Positions 1-7,083 of a stretch of 64,000 bases of DNA are shown piece by piece. The stretch's first letter is position 1. The number at the start of each line of letters is the position of its first letter. Location: assembly GCF_032229445.1 (NCBI RefSeq), contig NZ_JAVTWC010000028.1, positions 31,149-95,148 on the forward strand, in the 5' to 3' direction. Source of the stretch: Tahibacter sp. GTDB taxonomy: Bacteria; Pseudomonadota; Gammaproteobacteria; Xanthomonadales; Rhodanobacteraceae. The notes beneath the pieces were generated by a model that saw nothing but the letters and a program-made list of their open reading frames with translations, ran no database searches and was not told the origin of the DNA. The translations under genes were made by a program, and so were the position numbers.

Positions 1-447
1 GGGCGCAAGCGCGTACCCCGGCAGGCTTTGCGGCAACGCTGGCAGAGGCGTGATCCGCCATGTGGCAGCGTCGCCGCGCAGATGGAGCTCGCGGCCGTCG
101 CGCAGGTGCAGCGTGACGGCATCGGCCGGCCAGTCCAGTTGAGACAGGTCGGCACGCGCGATGCGCCGGTACTCCGTGCCGCGCCGCAGCCATTCGCTGC
201 CGCGCACGATGAGCGCACGCGCATCCTGCTCGACGACAGCGGCGATGAGCGTGTGCTCGGTCCCACCTCTGTTCCAACGCAGTTCGGCCACAGGCGCCGG
301 CGCGAAAGCGCGCAGCGTCTGCTGCAGCAGCACGGCCAGCAGGGCGACGAGCGCGAGCAGGCTCAGTCCCACCGCGCCAGCCGCGAGCCAGAGACCCATG
401 TCACCGCGCCGCGGGACACCGCGCGGGAGCGATGCGAAAGCGGCCAT
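1..447 (-). CDS. PstA-like phosphate ABC transporter permease, N-terminal 149 codons (gene continues past window start)
   Basis: Manual minus-strand translation from ATG 447..445 stays open to position 1 (MAAFASLPRGVPRRGDMGLWLAAGAVGLSLLALVALLAVLL...). The ATG lies 3 nt after the stop of the upstream permease gene. One TM helix is followed by a long soluble stretch, as in long-type PstA. It is absent from the ORF track because the window edge truncates it. Confidence 0.5.
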   Translation of the reverse strand, partial: MAAFASLPRGVPRRGDMGLWLAAGAVGLSLLALVALLAVLLQQTLRAFAPAPVAELRWNRGGTEHTLIAAVVEQDARALIVRGSEWLRRGTEYRRIARADLSQLDWPADAVTLHLRDGRELHLRGDAATWRITPLPALPQSLPGYALAP

Positions 448-449
448 GG

Positions 450-1544
450 CTAGAGTCCCACCAGCCGGCGACGCAAACGTCCGCGCACGGTTTCCGCCAT
501 CGCGTTCAACAGCAGGCACAGGCCGAACAGCAGCAGTGCGGAGAGCAGCAGCAGGCCGTAGTGCGCACTGCCGGGCGCGGCTTCCGGGGCCTCGAGCGCC
601 AGGTTCGCCGCGATCGAGCGCAGGCCAGTCAACGGCGAGGCATCGAGCAGCGGCGTATTGCCGCTGGCCATGAGCACGATCATGGTTTCGCCCAGCGCCC
701 GACTGAATCCGAGCAGCAGCGCCGCGACGATGCCGGGAGCTGCTACCGGCAGCAGCAGCCGCCGTAGCGCCTGCCAGCGCGTCGCCCCGAGCGCCTGCGC
801 GCCGAGGGCCAGATCGGCCGGCACGGCGAACAGCGCGTCCTCGGACAGGCTGAAGACCGTCGGCATCACCGCGAGCCCCAGCATCAGCCCGATCACCAGG
901 CCGTTCCACGGCGTCTGCGGCTGCAGCAACGCGGCGAGGCCAGCGTCCGCGAACTGATCGCCCGCCCACAGCGCGAATGCGCACGTCAGCAGCAGCGGTG
1001 GCAGCATCAGCCACACCTCGCGTCCCGCCCAGCGCCGCTGCCAGCGCAGCGGCGCGACGCGCTGCCAGGTCAATCCGGCAATGGCGAGCATCGGCGCGAG
1101 CACGCTGAGGAAGATCGCGAACGCGAGTACATGCCGCGCCAGCCACGGCGCCAGCAACAATGCCGCGATCAGGCCCAGCACGACGGCGGGTACGGCCTCG
1201 AACAGTTCGAACAGCGGCTTGAGCAAGGCGCGCCAGGCCGGCGGCGCGAAGCGCGCGCACCATATCGCCGCGCCGAGTCCCAGCGGCAGCGCCACGAGCA
1301 CGGCATAGACAGCCGCCTTGAAGCTGCCGGCCAGCAGCGGCAGCACGATGTCCTGCCAACCCGGCGTCAATCGCGCCGACGCGAGCAGAAAGGCCGGCAT
1401 CGCGACGGCGAGCAGGGCCAGCAACGCCGCCGCGATTCCGAGGCTCACGCGCAGTCCTCGCTCACGACGCGCACGCACGCCGGCGCGCTGCGCAAAGCGA
1501 GCGGCGAGCGGAGTCACGGACGACGCAGGGGCCGGAACGGGCAT
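450..1544 (-). CDS. ABC transporter permease, PstC-like (phosphate uptake family)
   Basis: 364-aa ORF with multiple TM segments. It carries the binding-protein-dependent permease EAA-type loop (FSRALGETMIVLMASGN). A Pho box lies immediately upstream. Confidence 0.75.
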   Translation of the reverse strand: MPVPAPASSVTPLAARFAQRAGVRARRERGLRVSLGIAAALLALLAVAMPAFLLASARLTPGWQDIVLPLLAGSFKAAVYAVLVALPLGLGAAIWCARFAPPAWRALLKPLFELFEAVPAVVLGLIAALLLAPWLARHVLAFAIFLSVLAPMLAIAGLTWQRVAPLRWQRRWAGREVWLMLPPLLLTCAFALWAGDQFADAGLAALLQPQTPWNGLVIGLMLGLAVMPTVFSLSEDALFAVPADLALGAQALGATRWQALRRLLLPVAAPGIVAALLLGFSRALGETMIVLMASGNTPLLDASPLTGLRSIAANLALEAPEAAPGSAHYGLLLLSALLLFGLCLLLNAMAETVRGRLRRRLVGL

Positions 1545-1566
1545 TCACGCACGCTAGGAGCTGAAT

Positions 1567-1584
1567 ATGACAGTCATGTTACAG
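1567..1584 (-). promoter_or_regulatory. Pho box (PhoB-type 7-4-7 site) facing the permease operon
   Basis: The minus strand reads CTGTAAC-ATGA-CTGTCAT. A TAGCGT -10-like hexamer (1556..1551) lies 10 nt downstream. Confidence 0.55.
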
Positions 1585-1592
1585 GCCCGGCA

Positions 1593-1610
1593 CTGTCATG
1601 GCCGCGTCAC
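1593..1610 (+). promoter_or_regulatory. Pho-box-like site facing the GT4 glycosyltransferase gene
   Basis: The plus strand reads CTGTCAT-GGCC-GCGTCAC. The first heptamer is perfect and the second matches CTGTCAC at 5/7. The site is 109 nt upstream of ATG 1719. Confidence 0.4.
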
Positions 1611-1718
1611 GCCGCGGCAATGGGCACGCCATCGCCGGCCCGCAGCATGCGCCAAACCACAGGGCGGTGACGCCGTGCCCGATCGCGAGGGGCCGATGCG
1701 CACCCGGAGTCCGGCGCC

Positions 1719-2885
1719 ATGCGCATCGCGATCGTTACCGAAACCTATCCTCCCGAGATCAACGGCGTCGCCCTGACTGTCCAGGCGCTGGCGCAGGGGC
1801 TGCGCGGCCGCGGCCACGCCGTGCAGCTGATCCGCCCGCGCCAGCCCGAGGCCGCGATCGACGCTCACCTTGCCGACCCGCTGCTGGCCGATGCCGACCT
1901 CGCCGAGGAGGTCCAGGTCCGCGGTGCCGCCATTCCGCGCTATCCGGGCCTGCGCTTCGGCTGGCCGGCGCGACGCCGGCTCGAGCGCCTGTGGCGCCGG
2001 CAGCGTCCCGATGCGATCTACGTTGCGACCGAAGGCCCGCTCGGCCATTCCGCGCTGCGCGCGGCGCGACGCCTGGGCATCGCCGCGAGCACGGGCTTCC
2101 ATACGCGTTTCGATGATTTCGTGCGTTTCTACGGTCTGGGCTGGCTCACGCCGCTGGTGTTCGCCTGGCTGCGCCATTTCCACGCCCACTCCGCAGCCAC
2201 GCTGGTGCCGACGCAGGAGCTGGCCGATTTCCTGCGCGATCGCGGCTTCGGCGCCGTGCGCCTGTTGCGTCGCGCCGTCGACACCCAGTTGTTCGATCCG
2301 GCGCGGCGGTGCGACGCACTGCGCCTGCGCTGGGGCCTGACTGCGGACGAACTCGTCGTGGTCTATGTCGGCCGCATCGCGCCGGAAAAGAACCTCGATC
2401 TGAACGTGCGCGCCTTCCGCGCCCTGCAACGGGTCCAACCCAATGCGCGCTATGTCTGGATCGGCGACGGACCGGCGCGCGCAGAGCTGGCGCGTGCACA
2501 CCCGGACTTCATCTTCTGCGGCAGCCTGCGCGGCGAGGAACTGGCCGCGCACTTCGCGAGCAGCGACCTGTTCGTGTTTGGTTCCCTGAGCGAAACCTTC
2601 GGCAACGTGACGCTCGAAGCCATGGCCAGCGGCGTGGCGACCGTCGCATTCGACTACGGCGCCGCACGCGAACACATGACCGATCGTGTCGACGGCCGGC
2701 GCATCGCCTGCGGCGACGACGACGCCTTCGTCGCCGCCGCCGTCGAACTCGCCGGCGACGCGGAACTGCGCCGGCGATACGCCCAGGCCGGCCGCCAGGC
2801 CGTGCTGAGCCTCAGCCCGCAGTCCGTCACCGACCACTTCGCCGAACTGCTCGCCTCACTAGGGGGTGACTCGGGAGTTCGTTGA
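1719..2885 (+). CDS. GT4-family (GT-B) glycosyltransferase, SqdX/Agt-like
   Basis: 388 aa. ATG with GGAG 10 nt upstream. The N-terminus MRIAIVTETYPPEINGVA and the C-terminal FGSLSETFGNVTLEAMASG region are typical of group-1 glycosyltransferases. Confidence 0.85.
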   Translation: MRIAIVTETYPPEINGVALTVQALAQGLRGRGHAVQLIRPRQPEAAIDAHLADPLLADADLAEEVQVRGAAIPRYPGLRFGWPARRRLERLWRRQRPDAIYVATEGPLGHSALRAARRLGIAASTGFHTRFDDFVRFYGLGWLTPLVFAWLRHFHAHSAATLVPTQELADFLRDRGFGAVRLLRRAVDTQLFDPARRCDALRLRWGLTADELVVVYVGRIAPEKNLDLNVRAFRALQRVQPNARYVWIGDGPARAELARAHPDFIFCGSLRGEELAAHFASSDLFVFGSLSETFGNVTLEAMASGVATVAFDYGAAREHMTDRVDGRRIACGDDDAFVAAAVELAGDAELRRRYAQAGRQAVLSLSPQSVTDHFAELLASLGGDSGVR

Positions 2886-3032
2886 ACAAGGAACTCGGAT
2901 GGATTTCGCGCCGAACCACGGCGCGGCGAGGAGAGGTACCGCATTCACGCGACTGGGCGCGACGACGGATCGGCGCGAAAGACGCCGAATTCGTTCGATG
3001 AACTACTGAATCACCACACCGGGGAGCGCCGC

Positions 3033-3596
3033 ATGAACGCAATCGAACGCTGGAATCGCCTCGAAGTCCGCAGTGGCGAATGGCGCCTGTGCCTGGCCGC
3101 CAACCGCTGGGGCGCGCGCCGCGCCATCGTGACCTTCTTCCGTCTGGTCAGCCGCGCCGGCGACGGCGTGTTCTGGTATTCGCTGATGGCTGCGCTGGCC
3201 GTGCTCGGCGGCAGCCGCGGCGCGCAGGCCGCGCTGCACATGGCCGTCGTCGGCACGATCGCGCTGCTGCTGTACCGCAGCCTCAAGAAGCACACGCGCC
3301 GCCCGCGCCCCTACCGCGCACACCGGGGCATCGTGGCGCATATCCCACCTTTGGACGAATTCAGTTTTCCGTCCGGCCATACCTTGCATGCGGTGAGCTT
3401 CAGCCTCGTCGCGATCGCCTACTTCCCGACGCTCGCGCTGATACTCGTGCCCTTCACGCTGCTCGTCGCCGCGTCACGCGTGGTGCTGGGCCTGCATTTC
3501 CCGAGCGACGTGCTGGCCGCGGGCGTGATCGGCAGCGCGCTCGCGGGCGTGTCGCTGTGGCTGGTGCCCGGTGTCAGCCTGCTGCCTCCGATCTAG
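3033..3596 (+). CDS. PAP2-family lipid phosphatase
   Basis: 187 aa, polytopic. All three PAP2 motifs are present: KKHTRRPRP (K-x6-RP), FPSGH and SRVVLGLHFPSD (SR-x5-H-x3-D). Confidence 0.85.
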   Translation: MNAIERWNRLEVRSGEWRLCLAANRWGARRAIVTFFRLVSRAGDGVFWYSLMAALAVLGGSRGAQAALHMAVVGTIALLLYRSLKKHTRRPRPYRAHRGIVAHIPPLDEFSFPSGHTLHAVSFSLVAIAYFPTLALILVPFTLLVAASRVVLGLHFPSDVLAAGVIGSALAGVSLWLVPGVSLLPPI

Positions 3597-3653
3597 TCAC
3601 TGTTCACAAGGCTTGCGGCGATGAAACCGCCCATCGGTGCGAAGCCGCATAAC

Positions 3654-4127
3654 TTAGCCCTCCGCCATACGGCGGTCGGCTTCGCTTTCGATATGCCAGC
3701 GTATCGACTCGCGCACGAACTCGCTGAACGACGCGAACACCTGTTCCGGCGGCCCGCATCCCTCGCTGTAGAAATAAACGGGCGGATCGTCCCCGTCCGA
3801 CGCGCGGAAATAGTGAAACTGATAGCCCTGGTGCATCGAGAATACGAAGGCATCCGCAGGTAGCGCGAACGTCTCTTCGTTTTCCCGCAGCAGCGCCGCA
3901 GCAGCCTCATTCAGTTCGGCGATCTGCGTGCCGAAGATGCGCGTTCCATCGAAGTAGCCGCGCGCCCGCTTGCCGACGGCAAGCAGAAATTCCCGGTAGG
4001 CTGCCGGAAAGTGAACACCCGCAGCGCGTTCCAGCGCATCCACCTCCGCATCGCTGAAAGCAAGAACCTGTTCGGGAATCGATACTCCGCCCGCTATGAG
4101 CTCGCGCGATATTTCCTCACTTCTCAT
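3654..4127 (-). CDS. SMI1/KNR4-family protein (polymorphic-toxin immunity type), copy A
   Basis: 157 aa. It has the family signature around FPAAYREFLLAVGK. It is about half identical by eye to copy B at 4554..5027. The surrounding region has lower GC. Confidence 0.75.
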   Translation of the reverse strand: MRSEEISRELIAGGVSIPEQVLAFSDAEVDALERAAGVHFPAAYREFLLAVGKRARGYFDGTRIFGTQIAELNEAAAALLRENEETFALPADAFVFSMHQGYQFHYFRASDGDDPPVYFYSEGCGPPEQVFASFSEFVRESIRWHIESEADRRMAEG

Positions 4128-4553
4128 GCTGGTTTTCCCCCACGCTTACCACCCACCTGGCATGGATCGGATAGCGATCGTTGCGCCGCAGAATGCTCGC
4201 GACTTCGTCGCACGCGACAAAGAAACCATGCCAGGAAGCGACATTCACACGACAACCAGGACGCATCCACTCACGGACCGCCATCACAGAAAGGCCGATG
4301 AGTGATTATCAGCTCGACGCCCGGATAGGTGGTACGGAATTGCGCGCAGGAGTGCCGACAGTGCCGCAATGACGAGTTCGACACGCGTCGGTATCCAAGC
4401 CGCGACACTTCTGTAGCCACCGTCAGGGCAGCGGCTTCGGAAAATTCCAAGAGCCGCCGCTGTCTTCGTCCACGAAGTGGCCGAGCCGCAAACCCACGGC
4501 TCGGCGATCGTCCTCTGGCTCGCCCCCAGGACCGCGTAAAGAGCACATCACGG

Positions 4554-5027
4554 TTAGCTTTGGCCACCCAACCTGCGTGCTGCCATCCTCTGGTGCCATT
4601 CGATCGCATCCAACAGAAATGCGCTGAAGCAGGGCATCGTCTGCACAGGCGCTCCTCTCGCCTCGTGGTAGTAGTACACCGGCGGATCATCCCCTTCGCC
4701 CGCCCGAAAGTAGTTGAACTGATACCCCTGATGCATCAGAAACACGAACGCATCGTCAGGTAGCGCGAAACCTTCGTTGTTCTCGGCAAGCAATTCGGCA
4801 GCGTCGTCATTGAGCCCGAGGATCTGCGGAACGAAGAAATCGGTCCCGACGTAGAACTCGCCAGCCCCCTTTCCGGCGAGCAGCAGGAACTCGCGGTAGC
4901 GCGCCGGCAGAACGAGTCCGACAGACGCTTCAAGATCGGCGACTTCCTGTACTGAGCAGCCTCTAATCTCTTCCCGCCGGCACAGGTTTGCGCTGACCAA
5001 TACATCCAGCAATTCATCGATATTCAC
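4554..5027 (-). CDS. SMI1/KNR4-family protein (immunity type), copy B
   Basis: 157 aa with LPARYREFLLLAGK and FVFLMHQGYQFNYFRAGEGDDPPVYYY, the latter matching FVFSMHQGYQFHYFRASDGDDPPVYFY of copy A. Its start overlaps the end of the upstream Rhs-like fragment by 14 nt. Confidence 0.75.
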   Translation of the reverse strand: MNIDELLDVLVSANLCRREEIRGCSVQEVADLEASVGLVLPARYREFLLLAGKGAGEFYVGTDFFVPQILGLNDDAAELLAENNEGFALPDDAFVFLMHQGYQFNYFRAGEGDDPPVYYYHEARGAPVQTMPCFSAFLLDAIEWHQRMAARRLGGQS

Positions 5028-5445
5028 TGGCGTTCCTTATCGGGTGGGGCCGTGAGTGCGGACCATATGGATACCGGGATAGGAATTTTTTCGGCGTGAG
5101 GTTGAGCTGGCCGGTGTAGGGTTTCTGGCCCTGCGCGTTACCGGTACGCGCGCGGAAGTCGCTTTCCCGGGTCTGTCCGAACGCATCGAACGAACGGCGC
5201 GTATCGAGAAACGTGCCGTTGTCCGCGCGCTGACGGAAATACTGTTCGCGATCCATCATGCCCAGGGGCGAGCCCAGGCGGTCGGTGGCCTGGTACGACA
5301 CGTTGACGTTCCTGCCCAGACCGCCGCCGCCGCCGGCGTTGGTGACATGCTGGTAGGTGACGGTGACGTCGCCGAGTTCATGCCGCACCAGCGCATTGCC
5401 CCAGTGAGTGTTGTTCCCCTGGTTCCGCAACATGATGGATTCCAA
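5014..5445 (-). pseudogene. Truncated Rhs/YD-repeat toxin fragment (no N-terminal body, no recognisable core/toxin end)
   Basis: 143-aa ORF with YD-repeat-like segments (VTVTYQHVTNAGG, VSYQATDRLGSPLG, SFDAFGQTRE, KPYTGQ). It is far too short for an Rhs protein and has no promoter-proximal partner genes. It is followed by an immunity-type gene. Confidence 0.45.
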
Positions 5446-5605
5446 TCGGCACGCCTTCGGCGCGCCGGGAGGGTGCGTGGCATGGACCAGGAAAGGGAGT
5501 TCCGAGCGCGCAAGGTGTTATCCGCCTTGCAAGAGACTCTTTCGTAAAACCGCGACGAACGTGATTACGCCGTGGGGCGGCTTCCGCGGTAGCAACCGAT
5601 CGGCT

Positions 5606-6481
5606 TCAGTATGCCCGCACGTTGAGCAGGTGCGGACGCAGTTGCGCGTCCCAGTCGGCGGCGTTGGCAACCTGTCCCTCCTGGCGGACCGCATCGAGCG
5701 CGGCCGCGTGGATATCGGCGATGCACCAGGTTTCGCCGGCCAGGGTCTGCGCGACGATGCCGTCGTCGGGCAGGCCACGATCGCTCGGCGCAAACACCGC
5801 GGCGACACCGGTATTCGTGTCCAGCGCCGGACTCCAGGCTGCCTCGCCCGCGGTGACCGACTGCACGACGTGGATCTGGTTTTCGAGGGCGCGCGCGCGG
5901 CAGCCGACGCGTACGCGTGTCGCGCCGGCCGGCGTATCGGTGCAGCTCGGCACGAGCAGCAGGCGCGCACCGGCTTCGTACTGGCGCCGCGCGAACAGCG
6001 GGAACTCGCTGTCGTAGCAGACGTTGACGCCGATGCGGCCGAGTGCAGTGTCGAATACCTGCAGCTGGTCGCCAGGCTCGATGACCGGGAAGCCGCGTTC
6101 GAAACCGGTCAGGACCAGCTTGTCCTGGAACCAGCGCCGGCCATCGGGTGCATACAGTTCGGCGCGATTGCGGTAGCGCCCGTTGGGTTGGCGCAGCAGG
6201 AAGGTGCCGGCGAGCACGTGCAGACCGGTCTCGCGTGCCAGGTTCGCAAACGACGCCTGCCAGTCCGCGTACAGCCCCTGCAGCGCATCGAGCGAGGCGA
6301 GGAAATCCGTATGGATCGCAGGTGCGAACAGGCCCGCAAGTTCGAGCGCGAGGTATTCCGGCAGCAGCACGAGTTCGGCGCCCTGCGCAGCGGCAGCGGC
6401 CAGCTCGTCGCGCACGCGATCACGCCACGCGGCAAAGCTGGATGGACGCTCTATGCGCCATTGCGCCGTGGCGATACGCAT
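5606..6481 (-). CDS. Carbon-nitrogen hydrolase (nitrilase superfamily)
   Basis: 291 aa starting at the internal ATG 6481 (MRIATAQW...) of the 513-aa ORF. It has LLPEY (Glu), the catalytic Cys context GVNVCYDSEFP, and the superfamily layout. The start overlaps the GNAT stop by 1 nt (TGATG). Confidence 0.85.
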   Translation of the reverse strand: MRIATAQWRIERPSSFAAWRDRVRDELAAAAAQGAELVLLPEYLALELAGLFAPAIHTDFLASLDALQGLYADWQASFANLARETGLHVLAGTFLLRQPNGRYRNRAELYAPDGRRWFQDKLVLTGFERGFPVIEPGDQLQVFDTALGRIGVNVCYDSEFPLFARRQYEAGARLLLVPSCTDTPAGATRVRVGCRARALENQIHVVQSVTAGEAAWSPALDTNTGVAAVFAPSDRGLPDDGIVAQTLAGETWCIADIHAAALDAVRQEGQVANAADWDAQLRPHLLNVRAY

Positions 6482-7083
6482 CAGACCCGTTCCGGCTCGC
6501 GCAGCCAGAATCGCAGCGCATGCGCCTGAGGCCGCGGCGCGTCGATTTCCTGCCATTCCAGCCTGCAGACCATGTCGTCCTGGCGCACATAGCCGCGCTT
6601 GCGCCAGAACGCATCGTTGTCGCGATGGCCGGCTGGCCGGCGCGGATCGTGCGCATCGCGCTCGACCGCGCAGAATGCGGTCGTGTCGAAGCCGAGTTCG
6701 CGCGCCCGCGCCTCGCGCGCATCGAAGAAAGTGTGACCCAGCCCCTGGCCGCGCCAGGCCGGCAGCAACACCGATTCGCCGAAGTAGAACACGCGGCCGA
6801 GTGCAAGGCCGCGGCCGAGAAAGGGCTGCTGGAAGGCCGCCACTTCGTCGGCGAGCGGGACGGCGGTGGAGGCACCGACGATGTTCCCGCCATCGAACGC
6901 CAGCACGAACAGGCTGCGCGGCGAGCGCGCATACGTCGCGAGATAGTCCGCTTCGTAGGTCGCGCTGCCTTCGTACAGATAGGGCCAGTCGCGAAACACC
7001 GCGATGCGCAGCGCGGCGACGGCGTCGAGGTGCGGCGTCACCGCCGCACCGTGCAGCCGTTCGATGCGCAGCGCGTCGCTCAC
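6481..7083 (-). CDS. GNAT-family N-acetyltransferase
   Basis: About 200 aa from GTG 7083 (VSDALRIERL...). It carries the acetyl-CoA motif WRGQGLGHTFF. The GTG overlaps the DUF885 stop (GTGA). Confidence 0.75.
   Translation of the reverse strand: MSDALRIERLHGAAVTPHLDAVAALRIAVFRDWPYLYEGSATYEADYLATYARSPRSLFVLAFDGGNIVGASTAVPLADEVAAFQQPFLGRGLALGRVFYFGESVLLPAWRGQGLGHTFFDAREARARELGFDTTAFCAVERDAHDPRRPAGHRDNDAFWRKRGYVRQDDMVCRLEWQEIDAPRPQAHALRFWLREPERV

Noticed and set aside
1596-2837. 413-aa minus-strand ORF opposite the GT4 glycosyltransferase
   Set aside because: No motifs and low-complexity composition. The plus-strand frame has an RBS, the GT4 N-terminus and the E-x7-E region.
5083-5095. A6 run (CCGAAAAAATTCC) in the Rhs-like fragment as a programmed or mutational frameshift that might restore a longer toxin ORF
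   Set aside because: Both alternative frames downstream of the run hit stop codons within about 25-30 codons. Neither shows Rhs-core (PxxxxDPxGL) or toxin-like sequence.
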